Source of the DNA: Sulfurimonas sp. CG01_land_8_20_14_3_00_36_23
Lineage (GTDB): Bacteria > Campylobacterota > Campylobacteria > Campylobacterales > Sulfurimonadaceae
Direction of reading: 5' to 3'
NCBI GenBank assembly: GCA_002781365.1
Contig: PETN01000010.1
Coordinates: forward strand, 13,556-77,555
DNA: 64,000 bases
Part shown: positions 1 through 9,544 of the stretch, in pieces
Numbering within the stretch: the first letter of the stretch is position 1
How the letters are laid out: each line of letters starts with the position of its first letter
Position numbers and translations under genes: made by a program
Notes under the pieces: generated by a model
Database searches by the model: none
The model's input: the letters and a program-made list of their open reading frames with translations, nothing else
What the model was told of the DNA's origin: nothing

Positions 1-2
1 AC

Positions 3-467
3 CAAATATCACTCCTTCAACCCTACAGTTCAAATATATCTAAACGATTTATAAAATCACAAAAACTCTTTATGACAGATAGCGGAATCTATTGCCATCT
101 ACTTGGCATAAACAATGCGAACGAGCTAATAAACTCCACTCATAAAGGGGATGTGATTGAAACTTTTGTATACAGTGAATTACTCAAACATGTTGGTTAT
201 AGCGAAACTCTTCCCAAGCTCTACCACTACAGAACAAACGATAAAAAAGAGATAGATTTCATAGTTGAAAAGGGTGATAAAATCCTTGCCATAGAGGTAA
301 AATCTTCGCAAACTATAAAGATAGATGCGTTTAAACATATTATAGATTTTCAAAATAAATCATCTCAAAATATACTCGGTATTGTATTTTACGGTGGAGA
401 TGACATCCTCTCATTTGGAGATGCACAACAACAAAGATATGCACTTCCTTTAAATCTATTTTTTTAA
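3..467 (+). CDS. AAA-family ATPase, C-terminal DUF4143 domain (5' truncated by window)
   Basis: Frame is open from position 3 (QISLLQPYSSNISKRFIKSQKLFMTDSG), typical of DUF4143; C-terminal EIDFIVE..ILAIEVK nuclease-like motif. Confidence 0.8.
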   Translation, partial: QISLLQPYSSNISKRFIKSQKLFMTDSGIYCHLLGINNANELINSTHKGDVIETFVYSELLKHVGYSETLPKLYHYRTNDKKEIDFIVEKGDKILAIEVKSSQTIKIDAFKHIIDFQNKSSQNILGIVFYGGDDILSFGDAQQQRYALPLNLFF

Positions 468-590
468 AGTGCTTCATTTTGTCGTAAAAACAACTATTGT
501 TTATAAAAAAAGAAGTGATAAAAGCCCTAGTTTTCCACTTATTTTTACATTCTAAAGAGAATGCAATTATAAATTATTTTTATATTACTG

Positions 591-610
591 TAAGTCATTT
601 TAGATAAAAT
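591..610 (+). promoter_or_regulatory. sigma70 promoter of metY (TAAGT + T-tract + TAAAAT)
   Basis: taagtcattttagaTAAAAT, about 30 nt before the start codon; Campylobacterota promoter layout. Confidence 0.55.
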
Positions 611-639
611 TACAGCATATTTTATCTTGGAGAAAGAAA

Positions 640-1905
640 ATGGATTTACAGACAAAAGCACTACATGCTGGCTATGAGAAAGATTCACAGGGGACAATGG
701 CTGTTCCTATCTACATGACAACTGCTTATGAATTTCGTGATGTTGAACATGCTGCAAATTTGTTTGCCCTAAAAGAGTTAGGCAATATCTACACACGTCT
801 GAACAATCCAACTACTGATGTTTTTGAGAAGCGTTTTGCAGAACTAGAGGGCGGAGAAGCGGCACTTGCAACTTCAAGCGGAATGAGTGCAATCTTTTTT
901 GCTATTGCAAATGCTGCTGAAGCAGGTGACAACATCGTATGTGCGAAACAACTTTATGGTGGAAGTTTAACGCAAACTGCACATACACTCAAACGTTTTG
1001 GAATCGAAGCGAGATTTTTTGATGTGCATCAACCAGAGCAGATTGAAGCACTTGTAGATGAGAAGACAAAAGTTATCTTTTTTGAGTCTTTAACAAACCC
1101 TAGTATTGATGTGGCAGATATTGAAGCTATCACTACTATCGCAAACAAATATGGAATCTTAACAGTTGTAGATAACACAGTTGCTACTCCTGTTTTATGC
1201 CGTCCTTTTGAGCATGGAGCGGACATCTCAGTTCACAGTGCATCTAAATATACAACAGGGCAAGGTCTTGCTATCGGCGGGATTTTAGTAGAGAGAAAAG
1301 GTCTTCTTGAAAAACTAAAAGGAAATGCACGTTACGCTCATTTTAATGAGCCAGATCACTCTTACCACGGTTTAGTTTATGTGGATGTTCCTCTTCCTCC
1401 TTTTACACTTCGCGCACGTCTCTCACTTCTTCGTGATTTAGGTGCAGTTGTATCTCCATTTAACTCTTGGCTTTTTATTCAAGGGATGGAGACACTTTCA
1501 CTTAGAATGAGAGAACACTCTAAAAATGCTCAAGAGCTTGCAGAATTTTTAGAGTCTCACCCTAAAGTAAAAAAAGTGAACTATCCAGGACTCAAAAGTA
1601 ACTCAAACTATGCAAACGCACAAAAATATTTTCAAGGCGGAGCATGTTCAGGACTTTTAAGTTTTGAAGTAGAGAGTTTAGAAGAGGCGACTAAAATTGT
1701 AGATGCGACTGAGCTTTACTCTTTAGTTGTGAACATAGGTGACTCAAAATCAATCATCACGCACCCTGCTTCTACAACACATCAACAACTAAGCCAAGAA
1801 GAACTTTTGGCATGTGGAGTTCCAGCTGGACTTATCAGAATCTCTTGCGGATTAGAGTCTATAAAAGATTTAATCGCAGATATAAAACAAGCTTTAGAAG
1901 CGTAA
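640..1905 (+). CDS. metY: O-acetylhomoserine aminocarboxypropyltransferase (OAH/OAS sulfhydrylase)
   Basis: GNIYTRLNNPT, SASKY PLP lysine, VNIGDSKS, THPASTTH; adjacent to metX. Confidence 0.92.
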   Translation: MDLQTKALHAGYEKDSQGTMAVPIYMTTAYEFRDVEHAANLFALKELGNIYTRLNNPTTDVFEKRFAELEGGEAALATSSGMSAIFFAIANAAEAGDNIVCAKQLYGGSLTQTAHTLKRFGIEARFFDVHQPEQIEALVDEKTKVIFFESLTNPSIDVADIEAITTIANKYGILTVVDNTVATPVLCRPFEHGADISVHSASKYTTGQGLAIGGILVERKGLLEKLKGNARYAHFNEPDHSYHGLVYVDVPLPPFTLRARLSLLRDLGAVVSPFNSWLFIQGMETLSLRMREHSKNAQELAEFLESHPKVKKVNYPGLKSNSNYANAQKYFQGGACSGLLSFEVESLEEATKIVDATELYSLVVNIGDSKSIITHPASTTHQQLSQEELLACGVPAGLIRISCGLESIKDLIADIKQALEA

Positions 1906-1920
1906 CCCACCATAGAAATA

Positions 1921-1960
1921 CTCTAAGGGGCTGGATTTTCAGCCCCTTAGAGACCTTTTT
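1921..1960 (+). terminator. Intrinsic terminator after metY
   Basis: 13-bp stem CTCTAAGGGGCTG/CAGCCCCTTAGAG (1921-1952), 6-nt loop, then ACCTTTTT. Confidence 0.75.
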
Positions 1961-1980
1961 ACCCCAATCAAAATTTGCAT

Positions 1981-2000
1981 TAAGTCATTTTCGCTAAAAT
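1981..2000 (+). promoter_or_regulatory. sigma70 promoter of metX
   Basis: taagtcattttcgcTAAAAT, 17/20 identical to the metY promoter. Confidence 0.55.
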
Positions 2001-2030
2001 AACACTACTATTTTATGGAGAAACAAGAAT

Positions 2031-3137
2031 TTGTCACTGAACCTACAAACCTATACAGAACATTTTACAAACCCTCTCTATCTCGATAGTGGTCGTATTT
2101 TAGAGCCTTATGATATTACGTATGAGACCTATGGCACTTTAAACGAAGAGAAAAGTAATGTCATTGTAGTTTGTCATGCGCTTACGGGTTCACATCACGC
2201 CGCAGGTACCTATGCTGATGATAATAAAACTGGCTGGTGGAATGGGCTGATAGGTCCAAACAAAGCTGTAGATACGGACAAATATTTTGTAATCTGTGCC
2301 AATGTCATAGGAAGTTGTTTTGGTTCAACAGGACCTATGAGTCTTATGCACCCACACCATGATCACTATCGCTACAAATTTCCAGTTGTCACCATCAAAG
2401 ATATGGTAAAAGCACAGAGAATTCTTTTTGACAGACTCGATATTCATCATGTACATGCAATCATCGGTGGCTCTATGGGTGGTATGCAAGCACTTCAGTT
2501 CGCGATTCACTACCCAAAATTTGCGACTAAAATCATCGCAATGGCAACAACCCATGCTACGCAACCTTGGGCGATAGCTTTTAACAAAGTGGCCCAAGAA
2601 GCAATCCTCAAAGACCCTGATTTCAAACAAGGCTACTATGACCCTGAGGTGATAAAAGAGCAAGGGCTATCGGGTATGGCGATTGGCAGAATGGCAGGAC
2701 ATTTAAGCTTCTTGTCACATGAGTCAATGAAGAGAAAATTTGATCGTGAGTATAAAAGCACCGATGGACTCTATGAGCTTTTTGGTAAATTTCAAGTGGA
2801 GTCCTACTTGGAATACAACGGAAATAACTTTGCAAAATGGTTTGACCCGCTGACCTATCTCTATATCATCAAAGCTATCAATATCTTTGACCTCTCACGT
2901 GGTTATGATTCTCTCGCTGAGGCACTCCAAAAAGTTCAGACAGAGCTTCATCTTATCAGCTTTAGCAACGACCTCTTGTTTAAAAGCTATGAGATGAAAG
3001 AGATAGATAACGTGCTGAGTGAGATAGGAAATACAAACCACACTTACCTCGATATAGAGAGTGACTATGGACACGATGCATTTTTGGTAGAACTAGATAA
3101 ATTTGATACGCATATAAAGGAGATTCTCCATGGCTAA
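2031..3137 (+). CDS. metX: Homoserine O-acetyltransferase
   Basis: CHALTG, GGSMGG nucleophile elbow, YGHDAFL; TTG start. Confidence 0.93.
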   Translation: MSLNLQTYTEHFTNPLYLDSGRILEPYDITYETYGTLNEEKSNVIVVCHALTGSHHAAGTYADDNKTGWWNGLIGPNKAVDTDKYFVICANVIGSCFGSTGPMSLMHPHHDHYRYKFPVVTIKDMVKAQRILFDRLDIHHVHAIIGGSMGGMQALQFAIHYPKFATKIIAMATTHATQPWAIAFNKVAQEAILKDPDFKQGYYDPEVIKEQGLSGMAIGRMAGHLSFLSHESMKRKFDREYKSTDGLYELFGKFQVESYLEYNGNNFAKWFDPLTYLYIIKAINIFDLSRGYDSLAEALQKVQTELHLISFSNDLLFKSYEMKEIDNVLSEIGNTNHTYLDIESDYGHDAFLVELDKFDTHIKEILHG

Positions 3138-3315
3138 AGAGAAGTTTGAAACAAAATTAGAGAGTGCAAAACAGATATTAGAGACGCTAATGAATCCTGA
3201 AATCACACTCGAAGAGAGTGTAAAAGCGTATGAGAAAGGGATGAGTGAACTTGCACAAGCGAGTAAAATGCTCGAAGAGGCACAGATAAAAATCACTGAG
3301 ATTAAAAGCAACTAA
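3130..3315 (+). CDS. xseB: Exodeoxyribonuclease VII small subunit
   Basis: FETKLESAKQILETL..ITLEESVKAYEKG pattern, 61 aa. Confidence 0.88.
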   Translation: MAKEKFETKLESAKQILETLMNPEITLEESVKAYEKGMSELAQASKMLEEAQIKITEIKSN

Positions 3316-3324
3316 GGAACGAGA

Positions 3325-4116
3325 TTGAGAGCAGCTGTTTTACAACTAAGTGCACAAGGTTTAAGCAGTACAAAACTCTATAACTATATACGCATCGCCC
3401 ATAAAAAAGGGGTTCGGGTTTTAGTTCTTGGAGAGTATATTCTCAACCCATTTTTTAAAGAGCTAGAGGCGATGTCTATCTCTATGATTCAAGAGCAGGC
3501 GGCACAACAGACAACCATTTTAAAAGAGTTATCTACAACCTACCAGATGACAATCATCGCACCTTTGATAATAGTCAAAAACAAAAAAATCTATAAAACC
3601 GTTGCTAAATTTGCTCCAAACTCAACCACCTACTACCAGCAACAGATTCTCATCAACTACCCACACTGGAATGAAGAGAAGTTCTTCGCCAATGAAGTGA
3701 AAAAACTTCAATCTCCTATGATTTTTAAAGTGGATGGATTTAAGTTTGCGGTTATGAGTGGGTTTGAGTTGCATTTTGATGAACTCTGGCACTCTGTCTC
3801 CGCTAAAAATGTGGATTGTGTTGTAGTTCCAAGTGTCTCGACTTTTGACTCTTACGAGAGATGGAAAGCGCTTATTTTGTCTCGTGCCTTCACACACAAC
3901 TGCTATATTTTAAGAGCAAACCGTATAGGCGAATACAAAGAGAAAGATTTGAACTGGAGCTTTTACGGAGACTCTATTTTAGCTTCACCCGATGGAGAGC
4001 TCCTCTCACATTTGGGCAATAAAGAGGAGCTTATGCTCGTAGATATGAGCCACACAGAAGTCGTCCAGTCTCGCCGTGCATGGGGTTTTAAAGAGATGTT
4101 AAACAGAAGAGTTTAA
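3325..4116 (+). CDS. Carbon-nitrogen hydrolase family protein
   Basis: LVLGEY, ANRIG, FYGDS..SPDG nitrilase-fold motifs. Confidence 0.8.
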   Translation: MRAAVLQLSAQGLSSTKLYNYIRIAHKKGVRVLVLGEYILNPFFKELEAMSISMIQEQAAQQTTILKELSTTYQMTIIAPLIIVKNKKIYKTVAKFAPNSTTYYQQQILINYPHWNEEKFFANEVKKLQSPMIFKVDGFKFAVMSGFELHFDELWHSVSAKNVDCVVVPSVSTFDSYERWKALILSRAFTHNCYILRANRIGEYKEKDLNWSFYGDSILASPDGELLSHLGNKEELMLVDMSHTEVVQSRRAWGFKEMLNRRV

Positions 4117-4147
4117 CACCAAAACACAAAATTATAAAGGCTTTCTT

Positions 4148-4819
4148 ATGATGCAATATTTTCACAGACAAGTACAACTTTGGGGAGAAGAGACGCAGAT
4201 GCTCCTTCAAACAAAAAGAGTAGCCATCATAGGTTCTGGAGGTCTTGGAAGCTCCTTAGCTTTTGCTTTGGGAGCGAGCGGAATAGGTGAAATCCACATG
4301 GTGGATTTTGATGAAGTAAGCCATCACAACATTCACCGCCAAATCGCTTTTAAGCTCGGGGATGAAAAGAAAAACAAAGCAGTTATCAATGCACAAATTA
4401 TCCAAGAGAGATCCCCTTTTGTAAAAGCATTTGCACATGAATGCGATTTTAATGCCTTCTCACAAAAAGGGATTGAAGTCGATTTGATTCTCGATGCAAC
4501 AGATAATCTTCCAAGCCGTGGAGAGATTAACGCCTATGCAAAAACAAAAGCTCTTCCTTGGGTCTATGGGAGTGTAGAGGCTTTTCACGGGCAAGTCGCT
4601 TTTATAGAGGAGTCCTCATTTAGTGATGCTTTTAAAATTATAAAAAAAGCACCTGCAGGGATTGCCGCACCTATCGTGATGCATATCGCCTCACTACAAG
4701 CAAATCTAGCACTAAGATATTTAGCAGGACTCACTGTTAAGAAAGATTTGCTCTACTATCTCTGCTTTAATGATGAGGGTGAATTGATTACGCAAAAATT
4801 TGGACTTCCAAAAGCGTAA
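4148..4819 (+). CDS. ThiF/MoeB family adenylyltransferase
   Basis: RQVQLWG, GSGGLG, VDFDEVSHHNIHRQ, DATDN. Confidence 0.85.
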   Translation: MMQYFHRQVQLWGEETQMLLQTKRVAIIGSGGLGSSLAFALGASGIGEIHMVDFDEVSHHNIHRQIAFKLGDEKKNKAVINAQIIQERSPFVKAFAHECDFNAFSQKGIEVDLILDATDNLPSRGEINAYAKTKALPWVYGSVEAFHGQVAFIEESSFSDAFKIIKKAPAGIAAPIVMHIASLQANLALRYLAGLTVKKDLLYYLCFNDEGELITQKFGLPKA

Positions 4820-4847
4820 GATTTAAAACTCTTTGTGTGTTTGAGAG

Positions 4848-4877
4848 TTGGCATGTGGAAATATTTCCACATGCCAA
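4848..4877. terminator. Perfect 30-bp palindrome made of two inverted copies of the 13-mer motif; likely bidirectional terminator
   Basis: TTGGCATGTGGAA-ATAT-TTCCACATGCCAA between convergent stops at 4819 (+) and 4906 (-). Confidence 0.75.
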
Positions 4878-4905
4878 AAAAGAGAAGGTTACATTGAAGA
4901 GAAGA

Positions 4906-5310
4906 TTAGAAAGAAGCGATATGTCGAGAAACTAAACGAATATCTTCTGCGCTCAATTTAGAGACTTGACCATGCATAATAGCTTTAAACTCGCCACCGT
5001 ATGTTCCATTTTGATAACCGACTAATGCCGCACTTACACGCTCAGCCGACCAACCATTAATAACTTGCGATTTTCCAAGTGCTGTATTTTTTGCATTGTG
5101 TCCGTGACAACTTGCACACGCTCTAAAGATGGTTGCACCATCATTTTGTACCACTTTTTTTGGCTCACTTAGTACAAGTTCTTGGGACTTCTCTTTAAAA
5201 ATTCCATCTGCTGAAACTTTTTGCAAGATATTTATATCATCACTGCATCCAGTAAATAAAAAAAGTAATATCGTTAAGGTTATGAGTTTCACACTAGCTT
5301 CCTTGTTCAA
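4906..5310 (-). CDS. Monoheme c-type cytochrome (c553-like), probable lipoprotein
   Basis: CASCH heme motif, distal Met (KAIMHGQ), LFTGC lipobox. Confidence 0.85.
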   Translation of the reverse strand: MNKEASVKLITLTILLFLFTGCSDDINILQKVSADGIFKEKSQELVLSEPKKVVQNDGATIFRACASCHGHNAKNTALGKSQVINGWSAERVSAALVGYQNGTYGGEFKAIMHGQVSKLSAEDIRLVSRHIASF

Positions 5311-5312
5311 AA

Positions 5313-6188
5313 TTATATTCTTACCTCTTTTTTGTTTAACAAAAGTGTTATCTTATCCATATCTACTTTAATTAAAAATATCCACTTTATTAATAAAACA
5401 AAAAACCACAAAAAGAGGAGCGGTAAAAGTATGGTTTGAACAATAAAAACGGTTATGAGCTGAATTATATTTTGTGAAGCCTCTTCTATGTTGTTTTGCA
5501 CGGCGCTAAGCTGTTTTGAGATATTAAAGCTCCCTGTCAACTCATCATATTTAGAGCGAACGTCTCCAAAAAAACCACTGCTTTTTTTAGACTCTACTAA
5601 CATTGTGCTTTGATTCTGAATCTCTTCTAATTTTACTTTTGTATTTTCCACCACCGCAGAGGAAGCTGTGTACTCTGGCTGTAAAACAGAGGTGTATAAA
5701 AGAGAGGAGCTATAGATAAACAAAATGGCTCCGAAGCGAAGGAGAAAAAGAAGCGCAAACACTTTAAGCGAAAAGATAAAAAATGTGTAGTTGGATGCTT
5801 TTTTAAACCAGAGCAGAAGAAGAGAGAGACCGACACTCGCTATGAGGGCAATTTGTAAAAACATCTTTGAGCTCAGCACCAGTAACAACTTTTGAATTCC
5901 CAAAGAGACAGAAGAGGCTAACATCACCCATGAAAATCGTTCCACCATGTCATTGAATGGGTCAAGTACCTCTCCGATACTAAAATTAAGCCCCACCCCA
6001 ACAGGTGTAAAAGAGAGTTCTGTGCCTTGAATAAGGGAGATAATTGCGTTGAGACCTTTTGCCAAACCAAAAGATATCATCGCTCTATTAAAAGTCTCAT
6101 CGTGGAGCTTTAGAGCCGTTTCGTCAAGATGTATTGTCATACTAAAAAGTAAAAGTAGGAGCAAAACCACACTCACAAAAATTCTCAT
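5313..6188 (-). CDS. Hypothetical multi-pass membrane protein
   Basis: Long hydrophobic segments; ATG at 6188 has an AGGAG SD. Confidence 0.7.
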   Translation of the reverse strand: MRIFVSVVLLLLLLFSMTIHLDETALKLHDETFNRAMISFGLAKGLNAIISLIQGTELSFTPVGVGLNFSIGEVLDPFNDMVERFSWVMLASSVSLGIQKLLLVLSSKMFLQIALIASVGLSLLLLWFKKASNYTFFIFSLKVFALLFLLRFGAILFIYSSSLLYTSVLQPEYTASSAVVENTKVKLEEIQNQSTMLVESKKSSGFFGDVRSKYDELTGSFNISKQLSAVQNNIEEASQNIIQLITVFIVQTILLPLLFLWFFVLLIKWIFLIKVDMDKITLLLNKKEVRI

Positions 6189-6260
6189 AAAGACTCCTAT
6201 CATCATCGCAAAGAGATTTTGGATATAATATCACGATTTTATAAGGACACGACTTAAACT

Positions 6261-7406
6261 ATGAATTTTGAACCCTATCCATTTGAAAAACTAAATATTT
6301 TACTTGATGAAATTACGCCAAATCCTAACTATAAGCCATCTGTTTTGACGATTGGTGAGCCTCAGTTTGAGACGCCTGATTTTATACAAAAAGCACTTTG
6401 TGACAGCTCTGCTTTGCTTAGAAGATACCCTAAAACTTCTGGCGAGGAGAGTCTCGTTGAAGCTCAATTGGAATTTGTTTCTAAAAGATTTAACACACAA
6501 CTCAAAACAGAACAAATTATTCCAACTTTTGGAACAAGAGAGGTACTCTTTAACTTTCCACAATTTTTACTTTTTGATGTAAAAGAGCCTGTTATGGCTT
6601 TTACAAACCCTTTTTATCAGATTTATGAGGGTGCGGCTATCGCCTCCAAAGCAAAAATGATTCTTTTAAATATGGATGAGAGTAACCAGTTTAAACCCGA
6701 GAGAGATGAAGAACTTTTAGCGCAATGTGACCTTGTTATCCTTAACTTTCCAAACAATCCAACTGGTTCTACCCTCACTGTAGAGGAGCTTGGTGTGTGG
6801 GTTTCACTCGCCCTAAAACACGATTTTGTGCTTATCAATGATGAGTGCTACAGTGAAATTTATACGGACAAGCCAATTCCCTCTCTTCTTGAGGCTTCCA
6901 CTTCTGTAGGAAACAGTGATTTTAAAAATGTTTTAGTCATCAACTCTATCTCTAAACGCTCCTCTGCACCAGGACTTCGTTCAGGTTTTATCGCAGGAGA
7001 TGCGGCTATTTTAAAAGAGTATATGAAGTACAGAACCTACATAGGGTGTGCTTCTCCACTTCCTCTTCAAAGTGCCGCAGCCGCTGCATGGAGAGAAGAG
7101 GAGCATGTTGCCCTCTCTCGAGCTGTTTATAAAAAGAACTTTGAGTTAGCAAAAGAGATTTTAGACATAGAGATTCCACATGCCACTTTTTACATCTGGC
7201 TCAAAGTCAAAAACCCACTCGAATTTACAAAAAAACTTTATAAAGAGTACAATGTAAAAGTACTCCCTGGAGAGTATCTCGCACGAGAAGATGCAAAGGG
7301 AGCAAATCCTGGCAAAGATTTTGTCCGTATTGCTTTAGTTGAAGAGAGTGAAAAGACCAAAGAAGCTTTGCTTAGAATAAAGGAGTGTTTACAATGCGTA
7401 AAATAG
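6261..7406 (+). CDS. dapC: Succinyldiaminopimelate transaminase (class I/II PLP aminotransferase)
   Basis: NFPNNPTG, NDECYSE, SISKRSSAPGLRSG. Confidence 0.85.
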   Translation: MNFEPYPFEKLNILLDEITPNPNYKPSVLTIGEPQFETPDFIQKALCDSSALLRRYPKTSGEESLVEAQLEFVSKRFNTQLKTEQIIPTFGTREVLFNFPQFLLFDVKEPVMAFTNPFYQIYEGAAIASKAKMILLNMDESNQFKPERDEELLAQCDLVILNFPNNPTGSTLTVEELGVWVSLALKHDFVLINDECYSEIYTDKPIPSLLEASTSVGNSDFKNVLVINSISKRSSAPGLRSGFIAGDAAILKEYMKYRTYIGCASPLPLQSAAAAAWREEEHVALSRAVYKKNFELAKEILDIEIPHATFYIWLKVKNPLEFTKKLYKEYNVKVLPGEYLAREDAKGANPGKDFVRIALVEESEKTKEALLRIKECLQCVK

Positions 7407-7897
7407 ATGATTTAAAAGCGAAAGTTTTAAAGGCACAAGAAAATTCGGACTTAGCTTCGCTCTATGTTTTAGAACAGCAGGCACATGAGATTTTTGATGA
7501 AGAGACACTCCATGGTTTTTATGCAAACATCCTTGATTTGGCACTCGAACGCTTAACAGACATCTTAGAAGCACACAGAGTAATGGATATGAATGAGGTT
7601 CAGGATTTTACAACACTTAGAGCACTCTATGAGTACGCAACTGAACACTACAGTGCTGGTCAAATGGCGGATGCAAGTGCTCTTTATGAAGTACTAAGCG
7701 GATTGAGCAATGATAAAAAGTTTTCAGACTCTCTCAAGTTTCACTGGATTGCCTCTGCACAAAACATCTCTTTGGATGATTTTATCTCAGAGATTGCAGA
7801 CCTTGACGCGACAGAAAAAGCAGGCACTTTTTATATAAGTTGCTTCTCTAAAGAGGCACAAAAATTGCTAGACAAACCCCAAATAGAGAGGGAGTAA
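7394..7897 (+). CDS. Hypothetical protein
   Basis: AGGAG SD at 7381 and ATG at 7394; sits in the dapC-murC operon. Confidence 0.7.
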   Translation: MRKIDDLKAKVLKAQENSDLASLYVLEQQAHEIFDEETLHGFYANILDLALERLTDILEAHRVMDMNEVQDFTTLRALYEYATEHYSAGQMADASALYEVLSGLSNDKKFSDSLKFHWIASAQNISLDDFISEIADLDATEKAGTFYISCFSKEAQKLLDKPQIERE

Positions 7898-7901
7898 CTA
7901 T

Positions 7902-9215
7902 ATGAAAATTCACTTTATCGGAATTGGCGGCATCGGTATCTCAGGACTTGCACAATACATGCATTACCAAGGGCATGAGGTAAGCGGTTCAGATATTTCA
8001 GACTCCCTTCTTACAAAAAACTTACGAAAACTAGGGATAAAAGTAACAGTTCCACATGCCAAAAGTGCTATAAGTGATCAGGATTTAGTAATCCACTCAG
8101 CGATTATCTCTCCCTTAAATCCAGAGATACTCCAAGCAAAAGAGAGAGGTATCGAAGTTTTAGCACGACGTGAAGCACTGCTTAGAATCCTTAACAAATC
8201 AAAAGTTTACTCTGTTGCAGGCGCACATGGAAAAAGTACAACGACGGCTATCTTAGCATCTATCATGCAAGGCTCGGCGATTATCGGCGCTGAGTCCAAA
8301 GCATTTGGTTCTAATGTAAGATACGATGAGACAACGGATGTAATGCTTTTTGAAGCAGATGAGAGTGATGGAAGTTTTATCAACTCCAATCCACACTGCG
8401 CCATAGTGATCAATGCTGAACCTGAGCACATGGAGTATTATGACTACAATTACGATAGATTTTATGACTCCTACACAAAATTTATAAGCTCTGCACCTTG
8501 CCGTGTTTTAAATGCAGAAGACCCATTTTTAGGGACACTCGTCGAGAAGATAGATGCGCATTGGCTCTACCCAAGCCGTGATATTGACAATCTAGAGTTC
8601 ATCCTGATTGAGGATGAACCGCATACACGCTTTACCTTAAAAGATTTGGGCACTTTTAATGTCTGGGGATTTGGAAGACATATCGCAATCGATGCCTCTT
8701 TAGCGATTTTAGCGGCACATGAGTCTATGAATATAGAGGAGATTCGAACGAATATTCTTACTTTCAAAGGTATCAAAAAACGCTTTGATATTGTAGGTTC
8801 ACAAATAGACAATGTCATTATTGATGATTATGGTCACCATCCAACAGAGATTAAAGCAACTTTTCAATCTGTGAGAGAGTATGCGGCACTCAAAGGTTTT
8901 GACAAGATTACAGCTATCTGGCAACCGCATAAATACTCTCGCACTATCGATAATCTCGAAGAGTTTATCAAATGTTTCCAAGGTGCAGAGGAGCTCATTA
9001 TCCTCCCTGTTTGGGCGGCAGGTGAAATACCAAGAGATATAGATTTCAAAGAGAAATTTAAAGGCTACAACCTTACAATGGCAGATACGATAAAAAGAGA
9101 GAAAAACAGTATCACTATCATTAAAGACAAAAAAGATTTACAGACTTTAGATAAGGGTCTCATCATTGGCTTTGGAGCTGGAGATTTAACCTATCAAATT
9201 AGAGGAATCGCTTAA
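7902..9215 (+). CDS. murC: UDP-N-acetylmuramate--L-alanine ligase
   Basis: HFIGIGGIGISG, GAHGKSTTT, EADESDG, DDYGHHPTE. Confidence 0.96.
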   Translation: MKIHFIGIGGIGISGLAQYMHYQGHEVSGSDISDSLLTKNLRKLGIKVTVPHAKSAISDQDLVIHSAIISPLNPEILQAKERGIEVLARREALLRILNKSKVYSVAGAHGKSTTTAILASIMQGSAIIGAESKAFGSNVRYDETTDVMLFEADESDGSFINSNPHCAIVINAEPEHMEYYDYNYDRFYDSYTKFISSAPCRVLNAEDPFLGTLVEKIDAHWLYPSRDIDNLEFILIEDEPHTRFTLKDLGTFNVWGFGRHIAIDASLAILAAHESMNIEEIRTNILTFKGIKKRFDIVGSQIDNVIIDDYGHHPTEIKATFQSVREYAALKGFDKITAIWQPHKYSRTIDNLEEFIKCFQGAEELIILPVWAAGEIPRDIDFKEKFKGYNLTMADTIKREKNSITIIKDKKDLQTLDKGLIIGFGAGDLTYQIRGIA

Positions 9216-9544
9216 TGGCATATATCGCAGGATTGGTAATTACAGGGCTTTTCTTTTTAAGCCTTCACTACTTTACAGAACTAAAAACTTCTCAAAAAGC
9301 AACTGTTACGGCTATTGTTTTGAGCATTATTTTATCAGCAGTCGCTTTTAATGCCTATAGCACTGCCCAAAGAGAGAGCATGATGAAGGCAGTCATAAAA
9401 TTCAATCAAAATAAAACTATCCGTTGTGATGGGGTGGATGTAAACAACTCTTTATACAGTATCAGTATAGGGACCTACACGTTTATAGGTAAAGAGAACA
9501 CTCCCAACTACGGACAGATGATTAGTGCATCCACTTGCGAGTAG
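9215..9544 (+). CDS. Hypothetical membrane protein
   Basis: Two N-terminal TM segments; coupled to the murC stop. Confidence 0.7.
   Translation: MAYIAGLVITGLFFLSLHYFTELKTSQKATVTAIVLSIILSAVAFNAYSTAQRESMMKAVIKFNQNKTIRCDGVDVNNSLYSISIGTYTFIGKENTPNYGQMISASTCE

Noticed and set aside
591-2000. Shared TAAGTCATTTT-N3-TAAAAT upstream of metY and metX as a methionine operator
   Set aside because: The tRNA-Val promoter (57577-57596, taagtatttttggaTAAAAT) has the same layout, so it is most simply the generic Campylobacterota sigma70 promoter
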